Positions 26,524-35,776 of a DNA stretch of 64,000 nt are shown here, in pieces. The stretch spans positions 1 to 64,000 of IMG/VR virus record IMGVR_UViG_3300047322_001237; one strand, written 5' to 3'. A program made the translations under genes and the position numbers. Position 1 is the first letter of the stretch, and each line of letters starts with the position of its first letter. Under the pieces are notes generated by a model. The model had not been told where the DNA came from. It saw nothing but the letters and a program-made list of their open reading frames with translations, and searched no databases.

Positions 26524-28644
26524 GTGGCAGCTCCATTAACAAGTGTGCCTGATGTCAGTTGGGTCAGAAACTCGTTTCTCGTGCAGAGCAGCGACCTCGA
26601 CAACATCGACAAGCAAAATCGGTTCTACACCACCGCCATCCTCAAATACACGGACACAACGCCCGGCGGAAACATCGCAATCAACCCGCCGCCTCAGTTC
26701 ACCGCCTTTGCTGATCCGAAAGCACCTTCGCGAAAGAGCGGTGGAAAGGGAATGGGCATCTACTACTCCGAGGCGATCGACGACCACTCGCAAGTGATCC
26801 ACATGCGCTTCGGCATGCCCGAGTTCAATTCGCTCACCCAGTTCTTCACGCATTTTTACAACAGCGGCGCTGGGATGGTGGCACGCACCGGCCGTGCACC
26901 GAGCGTCCTTTATCAGATCGGTAAAGCAGCCGGGTTCGTCGTTTCGGTGATGAACTGGAAACTGCTCGGCTTTATGATGCTCGGCGTCGGTTTGCGCTTC
27001 ATGATGAACAAGCCTTCGTCGAAGTTCTACTATCTGAAGCCCGCGATGCCGGTCTACTGGCAGGTGGTGCAGACGATCGTGAACCAGATTGCGGTGAACA
27101 AAGGCGTCATCCCGCGCGCCGGCGGCGCTGTTGCTGACCCGACCGTGAACAGAACGATCGCGGACAACTACGCGTTCGACGACGGCGGGAATCAGCGTCT
27201 GCATGACCTTCTGCCCGACATCTTTTTTGAGAAGGGCGGCATCGACGTCTATGCACTCGCCACCCGGGCCAAGCGTCTCCAGCGCAAGCAGCATCAGCTC
27301 GAAATGCAGACCTTGGGCAACTCGTCGGTCAACCTGAATACGGCCATCCAGTCGCTGTTCAGCCCGCAGAACAAGTTGACAGACGATAAGCGTCCCAACT
27401 TCCCTGACTACCAGAAGAAGTGGTTCGACACGGCCAACTCGAAACCCAAGCCTTCAACTGGTGACTCGGGTAATACGCCGGACGCGGGCTCCGAAGCGCT
27501 GGACACGACGGAGGCGGGGAATGCAGGACTGTTCGACTTCTTCAAAGCGGAATTGGACGACGGATCCGCCTTCGTCAGCTTTCGCGTTGATCCTACTGGT
27601 CCGGTGAGCGAGTCGTTCTCGAACCAGGCCGGAGACTCGCCACTTGCCAGCAAAATCAACAGCATGTCGAGTCAGTCGCGGGAGACGCGGTTTGATATGG
27701 CAGATGGGAATGTGAGCAGCAACGCGATCGCACAAGCAGTTCAGGGGATAGTTGGTGACGTTGCCAGCTTCGTTGGCGGTCTCGGCGACGGGCTGGGGTT
27801 TTCGGGCGTGGCCGCGCTCGGCGGGTCCGCGTTTGTTGACATTCCGAAACACTGGACGTCGGCGTCAGCAGAACTTGGTCGGTCGACATACACGATCCAG
27901 CTGAGAAGCCCCTATGGAAATCCCGTGTCGCAGCTGCTCAATCTCTACCTGCCGCTCGCCATGTTGCTTGCCGGCGCGCTCCCTTTGGCAACCGGTCCGC
28001 AATCCTACACGTCGCCATTCATTTGTGAGTTGTATGACCGCGGCCGTCGTCAGGTTCGCCTGGGTATTATCGACAGTCTGCAGATCACGCGCGGCACGGG
28101 CAATCTCGGCTTCGACGAGCAAGGCAACGCGATGGGAATCGACGTCTCGTTTAGCGTGCTCGATCTGTCGAATCTGATCTACCTGCCGATCTCGCAGGGT
28201 TTGACGCAGTCGGCGTCGCAGCAGCTCGGGGAGCTTGGCTTTGATATTGGCGCGGCAGCTGGTGGTGTCGCCGGCGGCGTCGCCGGCAGTGCGGCAGGTC
28301 CGGTCGGTACTGTGGCGGGGGTAGCGGGTGGCGCTGCTGCTGGCGGCACGGTCGGTGCAGCGGCTTTGGGTGCAGTGGGCGTGGGCGTGGACGCGATCAA
28401 TAATGTCCAGGATTCACTCAACGGTCTGTTTGACGGCGACAACCCTTTCGCTGACTACATGGCGGTATTGGGTGGCATGGGACTGGCGGATCAGATTTAC
28501 ATGATGCGTCGGTTGAAGTTGAACCTGACCATGCAGATGGCACAGTGGCGCAGCTGGCTCACACCGGCACACTTTGCAAGCATGGCGGGCGATCTGCTTC
28601 CGGCACGATTGGTCGGCATGTTCTTCAAGGGGACCAACAAGTAA
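26524..28644 (+). CDS. Tail/baseplate structural protein (phiKZ gp182-like)
   Basis: 706 aa, GTG start with GGAG RBS, directly after the tape measure. Motifs IHMRFGMPEFNSL and LRSPYGNP..YTSPFICELYDRGR. Confidence 0.75.
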   Translation: MAAPLTSVPDVSWVRNSFLVQSSDLDNIDKQNRFYTTAILKYTDTTPGGNIAINPPPQFTAFADPKAPSRKSGGKGMGIYYSEAIDDHSQVIHMRFGMPEFNSLTQFFTHFYNSGAGMVARTGRAPSVLYQIGKAAGFVVSVMNWKLLGFMMLGVGLRFMMNKPSSKFYYLKPAMPVYWQVVQTIVNQIAVNKGVIPRAGGAVADPTVNRTIADNYAFDDGGNQRLHDLLPDIFFEKGGIDVYALATRAKRLQRKQHQLEMQTLGNSSVNLNTAIQSLFSPQNKLTDDKRPNFPDYQKKWFDTANSKPKPSTGDSGNTPDAGSEALDTTEAGNAGLFDFFKAELDDGSAFVSFRVDPTGPVSESFSNQAGDSPLASKINSMSSQSRETRFDMADGNVSSNAIAQAVQGIVGDVASFVGGLGDGLGFSGVAALGGSAFVDIPKHWTSASAELGRSTYTIQLRSPYGNPVSQLLNLYLPLAMLLAGALPLATGPQSYTSPFICELYDRGRRQVRLGIIDSLQITRGTGNLGFDEQGNAMGIDVSFSVLDLSNLIYLPISQGLTQSASQQLGELGFDIGAAAGGVAGGVAGSAAGPVGTVAGVAGGAAAGGTVGAAALGAVGVGVDAINNVQDSLNGLFDGDNPFADYMAVLGGMGLADQIYMMRRLKLNLTMQMAQWRSWLTPAHFASMAGDLLPARLVGMFFKGTNK

Positions 28645-28652
28645 GCGACGTA

Positions 28653-28689
28653 ACGGCATAAGAGCCCGGGATGACCCGGGCGATTATGC
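28653..28689. terminator. CATA-hairpin-TATG element at convergent junction
   Basis: acggcataag-agcccggg-atga-cccgggc-gattatgc. Confidence 0.7.
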
Positions 28690-28696
28690 TGTCAGT

Positions 28697-30271
28697 TTAG
28701 CCGCTGTTCGTGAGACGCTGCAACGTTACCGGATCCACTGCAAAGTAGTTGTCCGTCCCGTCGCCGTGATCCACCCCACCGAAGTTGATGCCGGTGCTGG
28801 TCCATGCCTGGCCGTTACCTTCGCCCTTCGCGACGAGGTAAGTCTCCGTGCCGCCATATTCGTTCTTGACCGTTTGATACGTCTGGCCGTTGACTACCTT
28901 GTAGGTACCGGGGTTCGGCTGACTCCCTACCTTGTCGCTGGCGGGAGGGGTTGCGGGCGTGGCCTCGCCGCTACTCACCGGGTAGTAATTATTCGTACCG
29001 TCCCCGTGCGCAACACCGTCCCCGACGTTGATGGCGTTGGACCTCCAGCCCTCTCCATTTCCGTCGTTCGTCACGCGATAAGTCGTGCCACCGATATTCT
29101 GGTAGGTGGGCGGCGCAGGCACAGCGGTCGTGCTTGTCGCGGCGTCGACAGCCGGCGTTGCGGCCGCGGCCTGCTCAGGTTCCACTGAAACGGGAGTGGA
29201 CCGCAGAGCCGGGTCAATGTAGGTCGTCGGATACATTGCCTTGAGATCACTGTCCACGTCGCTCGGCTGGTAGACCGTGGCGAGGCCGTTCATCTGTTCC
29301 ACCGGATCGCTCGAGTTCATTACCCCTGAAGCGAGGACCCCCGTGAAGTCATCGGTTCCACCCAGAAGACTCGATATGTCCACTGCATCGTCGTCCTCTC
29401 CGCCGCTACTACGGGTCGAGACGTTCCATGTCGGATCGGCCGTGTTGAACGTGTCCATCATCTGCACATAGGTCGCGCCGTCCTGATACGGCGTGCGCTG
29501 AATCGCGCTTCCAATCAATGACCGGTTGTACGACTGCACAAAGCTCGGCAGCAGGCTCGGATTCACCGCGGAGATACCGACACTGCTTGCGATCATTGAA
29601 AGGCTCTGGAGGCTCGTCAAGTCGCCAGTGCGGATCAGACTCGGCAGTGTTTGAGCCACGATGGAGTTCAGCACGTACGGGTTGGTGATGTTCTTCACCA
29701 TGTGTTCGAACGCGCCCGAGATCCCGTATGTTGCGCACTGGTTGATGACACCCGCGGCCATGCCAGCGAGGGCATGCGTGTCGACCATCAGAAACGCACC
29801 CGCATCGTTAGCGAATCCGTTGATGACTGCCCCGAGCGCCTGAATGTCACCGACTGCGCCGTTCACGATGGTGTTGACGACGCCACCGACCGTTGCCTCG
29901 ACTTGACCCAGCACCTGACCAGCTTCACCGATCGCGCTCTGCACGCCCGAGGAGAGGGCGCTGAAGGCGCTGTTGAGATTCGCACCGCCCACGGCAGAGA
30001 CAAGTCGATTGGAGGCCGTCAAGAGCCGCGCAAGAGCTGCCTGGGGGTTCATCAGCAGCTTGCCGTTAGCGATGCCTTCAATGACGGGCACAAGCTGTGC
30101 CGCGGCCGCGCCAGCGCGCAGCATGCCGATCAGATCGACGTTGTACTTCGCTTCCAGGCTCTTGATCGAGTTGACAATACCGCCGGAGGTGCCGGTGTAG
30201 ACGTCAACGGTGACCAGGTTGTCTTGCGGTCCCGTTAGAAAACTTGGGGATGCCAACACGTTCACAGGCAT
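28697..30271 (-). CDS. Probable virion structural protein with C-terminal repeats
   Basis: 524 aa. N-terminal FLTGPQDNLVTVDVY, helical middle, Pro/Ala linker, then two GNG..W...IN...HGDGT.NY repeats. Confidence 0.65.
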   Translation of the reverse strand: MPVNVLASPSFLTGPQDNLVTVDVYTGTSGGIVNSIKSLEAKYNVDLIGMLRAGAAAAQLVPVIEGIANGKLLMNPQAALARLLTASNRLVSAVGGANLNSAFSALSSGVQSAIGEAGQVLGQVEATVGGVVNTIVNGAVGDIQALGAVINGFANDAGAFLMVDTHALAGMAAGVINQCATYGISGAFEHMVKNITNPYVLNSIVAQTLPSLIRTGDLTSLQSLSMIASSVGISAVNPSLLPSFVQSYNRSLIGSAIQRTPYQDGATYVQMMDTFNTADPTWNVSTRSSGGEDDDAVDISSLLGGTDDFTGVLASGVMNSSDPVEQMNGLATVYQPSDVDSDLKAMYPTTYIDPALRSTPVSVEPEQAAAATPAVDAATSTTAVPAPPTYQNIGGTTYRVTNDGNGEGWRSNAINVGDGVAHGDGTNNYYPVSSGEATPATPPASDKVGSQPNPGTYKVVNGQTYQTVKNEYGGTETYLVAKGEGNGQAWTSTGINFGGVDHGDGTDNYFAVDPVTLQRLTNSG

Positions 30272-30288
30272 GAAACACTCCTACGGGC

Positions 30289-30319
30289 AAAAAAAAAGAG
30301 GACACTCGAAAGTGTCCTC
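30289..30319 (-). terminator. Intrinsic terminator
   Basis: A9-gaggacac-tcgaaa-gtgtcctc, giving a T tract on the minus strand after ORF 30343-30897. Confidence 0.8.
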
Positions 30320-30342
30320 GTTGCATGGGTGAGCAGCTTCGC

Positions 30343-30897
30343 TTAGGCCGTAGCCTGCTGCGGTTCCACGAATTCAACCGTGGGCGCCGCCGGCATCGTC
30401 TTGCCTTCTTTCAGCAACTCGCGGATCTGCTGGAAACCAGCGCACAGCCACGGAGCCTGCTGGGGAAAGATCTGGAGCTGCTTCGGACCGAACATGTAGT
30501 AGTACGCGAACGGCAGCTCGGACTCGATCATCGCTTGCTTGATGTCTTCGTGCTGAACGATCTTGTGGAAGTTCCCCTCGTTGATGACCTCGACGAAGTG
30601 CTCGCGCCACACCATCTTCTTCGTCTTCGCATACGCCTTGGCGCGGCTGGCGGTCAGCGTGCGGAAGTTGTCGTCTTTCTCCTCACACTTCGTGAAGTGC
30701 CAGAAGCCTTCCATGGACTTGAACGGTCCGTAGATAGGGTGGATGAAGGGCGTGACGGCGAAGTGCGCGAGCTTACGGCCAAGCTCGGTCTTGCCATTCG
30801 TCGACACGTTGATGTGGGTTTCCCCATCTTTCTCGGGGTCGAATACCGTCCGCGGAATCAGCAGGGCGGGGAGCCGGTTATTGGCGCTCGTGTTCAT
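30343..30897 (-). CDS. T4 gp30.3-like NADAR-family protein
   Basis: DGETHINVSTNGKTELGRKLAHFAVTPF...FKSMEGFWHF matches the recalled gp30.3-like pattern DG.DHIN...GKT.LGR.LSNF...F.S.EG.W. Confidence 0.6.
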   Translation of the reverse strand: MNTSANNRLPALLIPRTVFDPEKDGETHINVSTNGKTELGRKLAHFAVTPFIHPIYGPFKSMEGFWHFTKCEEKDDNFRTLTASRAKAYAKTKKMVWREHFVEVINEGNFHKIVQHEDIKQAMIESELPFAYYYMFGPKQLQIFPQQAPWLCAGFQQIRELLKEGKTMPAAPTVEFVEPQQATA

Positions 30898-31597
30898 GAT
30901 TGGTATTTCCGTTGTTTTTGTCCGCCAGGTAACGCCGATACATCTGATCGGCTTCCATCTGGACGGCGCCGAGCGCGTGAATGCTTTCGTCGAGACGCTC
31001 GCTCTGGAGCGTGCGGGCTTCGTAGAGATCAGCCGTGAGAATCACGGGTTGCGCTTTACCGGCGTTGGCGTTGTTTCCGGTCGGGTGTTCAGTCTCCGAT
31101 TCGAAGGGGAACATGACGCTCTGGGCGATGACGCCGCAGAATTCGTGCACCTGTTCGTCCTCGATCTCGGGCGAGGTCGGGGGAGTCACTTGCAGCTCTT
31201 CCAGAAACTGGTTGATCTGCGGTCGGCTCCCGAAGTCCACCGTCGTGCCGTGCGTGGTCGTACGGCCGTTAGCGTAATGGCACTTGATCGCGAATTCGAC
31301 TTTGACGACTTGCAGAAAACGCAACGCCTTCATAAAGACCTTCCAGGTCATCTGAGGCCGAGCGAATTCCTTGGTGATATTGCCGCGCGCGCTCGTCTGG
31401 TCTTTACGCGTCGGCGCAATGCCGTTGCGAATGTCGGTGACGAAATCGCGCATGAGGTCGCCGTAACGAGCGGGACCGATATTCAAATCCAATAACATCT
31501 GTCGCCACAGACGCGAGAGAACCCCGTTCGCGCCCGAAGTCTTGCTAACGCCTTTATCCTCGGAATGCAGGATGCGTTGGAAAGGGTTGCGTGCCAT
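30878..31597 (-). CDS. Hypothetical protein
   Basis: 239 aa with RBS, overlapping the downstream gene by 20 bp. Confidence 0.7.
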   Translation of the reverse strand: MARNPFQRILHSEDKGVSKTSGANGVLSRLWRQMLLDLNIGPARYGDLMRDFVTDIRNGIAPTRKDQTSARGNITKEFARPQMTWKVFMKALRFLQVVKVEFAIKCHYANGRTTTHGTTVDFGSRPQINQFLEELQVTPPTSPEIEDEQVHEFCGVIAQSVMFPFESETEHPTGNNANAGKAQPVILTADLYEARTLQSERLDESIHALGAVQMEADQMYRRYLADKNNGNTNHEHERQ

Positions 31598-31663
31598 ATT
31601 AGCTTCCTTGTGGACCTGCTTGATTGACCTGCTTGATTAGACTGCTTTATTGGGGTCGTGCCC

Positions 31664-32206
31664 TCATTCATCGATTTCGAAGCTGACATCGATGAGAGTC
31701 ACTACCAGTTGACGGAGGTTGACCATGATTCGGGTCAGCATCCGGAGATTGTGTTCGTCGATACCGAGGGCGGCATTATCGCTGGTTTCCATCAACGTAC
31801 ATAGGATCAACGCGTCTCTTTTGAACGCCGTTAGCGTTTCCGCCACATTCAAATAGAAACCCTCGGACGAGGTGAAGAACTGGTCTAGTCCAATGGAGCG
31901 ACTGTCAAGGGTCGCCCATGTCGTCGGAAGGGCGACGCCTCTCGCCAGATGGGAGTTGATGATCTTGATCTCCCGATGATACGCATCGACGGTCGCGAAA
32001 AAGGGGCTGATCGTGACGCCGACCGAATGGGAGTTTCGATAGTGATCAAACTTGCTCACATCGAGCGTATTCAGTAACGCAGCCAGGATGCCCCGGCTGG
32101 GATTATGGTTCGAGAGAGAAAAGGCCTGCACTTTCAACACGGCGTATTCGCTTCGGAGACGTCGCGCTCTCCGTCTGTTTTGGAGCTGCGTAAACCAACG
32201 CCACAT
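31664..32206 (-). CDS. Hypothetical protein
   Basis: Likely start ATG 32206 (MWRWFTQLQNRRRARRL). Confidence 0.6.
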   Translation of the reverse strand: MWRWFTQLQNRRRARRLRSEYAVLKVQAFSLSNHNPSRGILAALLNTLDVSKFDHYRNSHSVGVTISPFFATVDAYHREIKIINSHLARGVALPTTWATLDSRSIGLDQFFTSSEGFYLNVAETLTAFKRDALILCTLMETSDNAALGIDEHNLRMLTRIMVNLRQLVVTLIDVSFEIDE

Positions 32207-32331
32207 TTTCTTTACCCCCGATTTGTGAAACGTCTTGTGGAGATGCTTGATAAACGAATACCCCCTCGTAAATCGCTCATGAAAATAATATGTACCCAAG
32301 ATTCTTTTGAGCTTTTTACCGGAGGTGGACT

Positions 32332-32838
32332 ATGTCCGACCAGTACGAACAGGATGAACATGACCGCTTCCCTGAAACCAGTAGTCCGGATGCGGCGATT
32401 CAAAACATAGAGGTCATCGAGAACGAGGATCAGGTTCTCAATTTCACGCAGAGAAAGCGTCAGCAAATCATCACGCAGATGATGGGTACCAACGGCGAGA
32501 AGCTGAAGGAACTCGAACGGGGCGACAAGATGGTGCTGCTCCAGGCATTGGATGGCATGGATCGATCAGCGCTCGGCAAGAAGCGCTTGAAGACGGACGA
32601 AAAGACTGCGGCATCCGCCGCGGCCGCCGCTGCGCTCATTGCACAGGTGCTCACCGCACCGGGCGTCAGTCAGGCTGGCAGAAGCGACGCTCCGCGCGCA
32701 TCGGTCCCAACCTTGCCGACGAACATACCGGATCCCCAGTTGGTACCCGGGGAAATCGCGACAGACGCTCCACAAATGGACGTCGACAGCTTTATGGCCC
32801 AATCCTGTGTCGAGGGACTGGGCCAGCAAGACGTGTGA
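32332..32838 (+). CDS. Hypothetical protein
   Basis: 168 aa, GGAGG RBS, TATG at 32289-32292 upstream, hairpin downstream. Confidence 0.7.
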   Translation: MSDQYEQDEHDRFPETSSPDAAIQNIEVIENEDQVLNFTQRKRQQIITQMMGTNGEKLKELERGDKMVLLQALDGMDRSALGKKRLKTDEKTAASAAAAAALIAQVLTAPGVSQAGRSDAPRASVPTLPTNIPDPQLVPGEIATDAPQMDVDSFMAQSCVEGLGQQDV

Positions 32839-32850
32839 CCGCGCGTCTTA

Positions 32851-32909
32851 CCTCCTCCCACACCCTGCCCAGAAAGATTAGGCGGGGAGTGGGAGGGGGT
32901 TTTATGCCG
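32851..32909. terminator. Long hairpin ending in TTATGCCG at convergent junction
   Basis: cctcctcccacaccctgcc-cagaaagatta-ggcggggagtgggaggggg-ttttatgccg. Confidence 0.65.
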
Positions 32910-32915
32910 GTCGTC

Positions 32916-33626
32916 TTACGGAGCTGCAACGATGCTGAAATACCTGATGTCGATGAGTTCGAGCCCGACAAGTGGAGAGGCGAGCATGGTCATCGCGATG
33001 AAGGGATGAGCCGCGTCGCGGACGAGTGACTTCAGGGTTTTCTCGTCCGGTTTTTCATTGAAGTACAGCGCAGGGGCGATAAGGTGGACCTCATTGAGCC
33101 GAGTATCCTTGAATGCCTCCGCGTGCATGTTCATCCAGGCTTCGTACTCGTACATGAACAGCATTGCGTAATGCGTCTTCACGACTGCGGGCGTCAGTTG
33201 CTCAGGGCGGATAGAGACGAGTTCGACGGGGACATTGCCCCCAATCCAAGCCGTCACAGCTTTGCCAATCGCGTCTGCCGTCACTGCATCGAGGACGTAC
33301 GGAAACGTATTTACAGCAATCTGGACCCCATCGAAATAGGGACGCTCGATCGCCATCTCAGTCAGGAACGTGGTGAGTTCCCGAAACCGAGTTGTTAGCG
33401 CCGTAACCTTCGAGTGCTTCAGCGTTTCCACATCACGGGCTTGATAGAGTTGCCGGTAGGCTTCCCGATCGATTCCGTCAAAGACGTCATGCTCCCTGGC
33501 CAGGTAAGCAGGCGTCAGAACGCGGGCTGCGTGTTCCTCACCCATGCGTTCGATTGTTCCCAGACGTGTATCCAGCAAGCAGTCAAGCTCAACTAGAATC
33601 GTCTCGATCTTTTTAGTTCCTGCCAT
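32916..33626 (-). CDS. Hypothetical protein, possibly degenerate HAD-like fold
   Basis: N-terminal ILVELDCLLDTRLG resembles the HAD motif I strand (hhhDhDxTL), with E at the nucleophile position. Confidence 0.6.
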   Translation of the reverse strand: MAGTKKIETILVELDCLLDTRLGTIERMGEEHAARVLTPAYLAREHDVFDGIDREAYRQLYQARDVETLKHSKVTALTTRFRELTTFLTEMAIERPYFDGVQIAVNTFPYVLDAVTADAIGKAVTAWIGGNVPVELVSIRPEQLTPAVVKTHYAMLFMYEYEAWMNMHAEAFKDTRLNEVHLIAPALYFNEKPDEKTLKSLVRDAAHPFIAMTMLASPLVGLELIDIRYFSIVAAP

Positions 33627-33637
33627 CTTCGCACGCT

Positions 33638-34177
33638 CTACTGGTTAGCCGTATCGCGCGCTTGGTCTTGCACGTTGTTGCGTTTGCTCGTTTGCCTCGG
33701 AGGCTCCGGCACGAGAACAAACAACTGGATCATCAACAGCGTCACCAGCCATTTGTTTTGTTGAAGGAGGTCCAGTACGCCATCGGGATCCGGCAGGAGA
33801 TCCGCGATGTCGACGGGCATCATGACGAGCGAGTCCTGTCCTCGAACAGGATTGCCGTCCCCACTTACTGCAAATGCAAGGGCTTGCACCAACTCGACGT
33901 ACCGGCCAGAACCGCCCCAGCGCGCGAGGAAGGTGAATCCCAACGTGAAGACGAAGTCGCGGATTACTTCATCTTCCATAACGAGTTCGATCGCGTGTTG
34001 CACGCCCTTCGGACTTGCGATCATGTACGGCTTTTCAGCCAACACCATCGAGTACAGGAACTTCGAGAGCTTGGCATAGCGTTCTTCGCTCATGCGTTTG
34101 CTGTTCGCAAGGACGTGCTCGATGCTTGCCACAAAGACTTCGCCTGTTTCGATCAGTTCGTTAGGTAGGAGACTCAT
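33638..34177 (-). CDS. Hypothetical protein
   Basis: 179 aa with RBS, in the same minus-strand operon. Confidence 0.65.
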   Translation of the reverse strand: MSLLPNELIETGEVFVASIEHVLANSKRMSEERYAKLSKFLYSMVLAEKPYMIASPKGVQHAIELVMEDEVIRDFVFTLGFTFLARWGGSGRYVELVQALAFAVSGDGNPVRGQDSLVMMPVDIADLLPDPDGVLDLLQQNKWLVTLLMIQLFVLVPEPPRQTSKRNNVQDQARDTANQ

Positions 34178-34193
34178 GCTCCATCTCCTTGGG

Positions 34194-34880
34194 TTATACG
34201 AGGCCGCTGACTTGATAGTGCATCGAAGTCAGAATCGTGTTCAGGGCCTGCGTTGACTTCACGCCACCGCGCAGATGCTCGATGGCCTTCTGTGACGCCC
34301 CGCCCGTGCGAGCGAAGCTGTCGTTCATTGCGTTGAAGCCTTGCGTGTCGCCACCGCGCAAGCTGATCATCTCCGCAATGTTCTTGTCGAGCTTCAGTGC
34401 CGACAGAACCTGCGTTTCCGGGTAGGAGATCTTGCTTGCTTCCGACTTGCCCGAAGGCTGGCCGGTCATGTCGTCGACGCTGCGGTTGTCCTCAGGGATC
34501 GAGATCTTCTTAACAAGCAGCTGTGCCTGACGACGCAGCGTGATGTCGCCGACGAGGTACTTCACCGGCGAGAGATACGGCGGGATGTCGTTGCCGTTAT
34601 CGATCCAGAGCCGCTCGAAGAAGTTGTGTCCCAACTCGTCGCCGATCGCGAGGTTGTTGGGGATCGTCACCTTCTCCTTCGAGAGGTTAGGCGCGATGAT
34701 CGCCAGTCGGATTTCCTTGCGAGCGATCTTGCCCATCCAGTCGTCGAACGCCTTGTCATCCATCCGGGCGAACAAGTCCTTATACAACTGGACGTTCGTA
34801 GAAGACCCCGGAATGAGCTTCTGAATATACTTCAGGATGAACGCTTCGGTTTCGGCTCTCTTTCCAAGCGGTTTGGTCAT
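34194..34880 (-). CDS. rpoB: Virion RNA polymerase beta subunit, C-terminal part (phiKZ gp149-like)
   Basis: LRRQAQLLVKKISIP...DDMTGQPSGKSEASKISYPE corresponds to the C-terminal beta region missing from the 1452-aa subunit. Confidence 0.8.
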   Translation of the reverse strand: MTKPLGKRAETEAFILKYIQKLIPGSSTNVQLYKDLFARMDDKAFDDWMGKIARKEIRLAIIAPNLSKEKVTIPNNLAIGDELGHNFFERLWIDNGNDIPPYLSPVKYLVGDITLRRQAQLLVKKISIPEDNRSVDDMTGQPSGKSEASKISYPETQVLSALKLDKNIAEMISLRGGDTQGFNAMNDSFARTGGASQKAIEHLRGGVKSTQALNTILTSMHYQVSGLV

Positions 34881-35355
34881 TGCTTTCTTTCCTATCAGGA
34901 TCGATCAAGAAGATCTTGGGCTCGATCTGACAGCGCCGCGCCTCGTCGATCATGTTCCGAGTGCCGGGTGAGCGGCCATCCCAGAAGGTAACGACGCGTG
35001 TAGCGTGTTGAGCCATGAGGCGGTTGCGGAAATGACCTGCCGCAGCGTTGTAACGCTTTCCACTGCGATTGACTCGAATCACGGCACCAGGCACTGTCAG
35101 ATCATCCCAATCAGCCGGGAACTCGGTCCAGGCGCGGCCGTTCTCACGGCACCAACGGATAATCATAGAATCTGGACCGCGACTGGCTTTACCCGAGATG
35201 AAGATCGGGCGAGCCGTGGGAAGCTCCATGCAGAGATACGCTTCGAGGTGGTTCACGAACTGCGGGTAGTCGTTGAAGTTCCGACCACCAGCCACGACGA
35301 TCGCCTCATCAAAATCGCGTATCGCTGCATGCGATAGCGCGACGTGCTCGATCAT
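34780..35355 (-). CDS. YspA/DUF2493-like SLOG-family protein
   Basis: Start ATG 35355 (ATGA overlap). Motifs IVVAGGRNFNDY, ISGKASRGPD, FPADWD, AAGHFRNRLMA and FWDGRSPGTRNMI. Its 3-prime end overlaps the RNAP gene by 101 bp. Confidence 0.8.
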   Translation of the reverse strand: MIEHVALSHAAIRDFDEAIVVAGGRNFNDYPQFVNHLEAYLCMELPTARPIFISGKASRGPDSMIIRWCRENGRAWTEFPADWDDLTVPGAVIRVNRSGKRYNAAAGHFRNRLMAQHATRVVTFWDGRSPGTRNMIDEARRCQIEPKIFLIDPDRKESNDQTAWKESRNRSVHPEVYSEAHSGVFYERPVV

Positions 35356-35708
35356 TCCGAGAGGGGCAGCGAGTGCTCGATGATGCAAGGCAGGACTCCC
35401 ATTTCGAACAGACGTTTCCAGTTCTCCACCGAACCCTTCTGATCGATCAGGCAGTAGCGCACGTCCATCGTGTCGACGCCCTTTGCCTCGTTGAGCTTGC
35501 CGAAGATCACGCGCCATGCACGATTGATCGCGAACTGCTGATAGTCCGGATCGGGCAGGGTATCCACGCCGGGCTGGAGATACTGTTTCCATGCTTCCGG
35601 ATTCGGATGGCCCTTGCCGATGAGCAAGTTGGTCACGTGGCCGACGAGATTCTCGATGGCTTCACCTGCGGGTACCTCGGTGGAGGTTTCTTCTACATCA
35701 TGAGTCAT
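35352..35708 (-). CDS. Hypothetical protein
   Basis: 118 aa, acidic, translationally coupled to the SLOG gene. Confidence 0.65.
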   Translation of the reverse strand: MTHDVEETSTEVPAGEAIENLVGHVTNLLIGKGHPNPEAWKQYLQPGVDTLPDPDYQQFAINRAWRVIFGKLNEAKGVDTMDVRYCLIDQKGSVENWKRLFEMGVLPCIIEHSLPLSE

Positions 35709-35776
35709 GGCAGTAAAAAATCTCTAGTAATCTTATTAACGTGCGCTACCGCACACAGCGAAGTAGCGCCTTGAAA

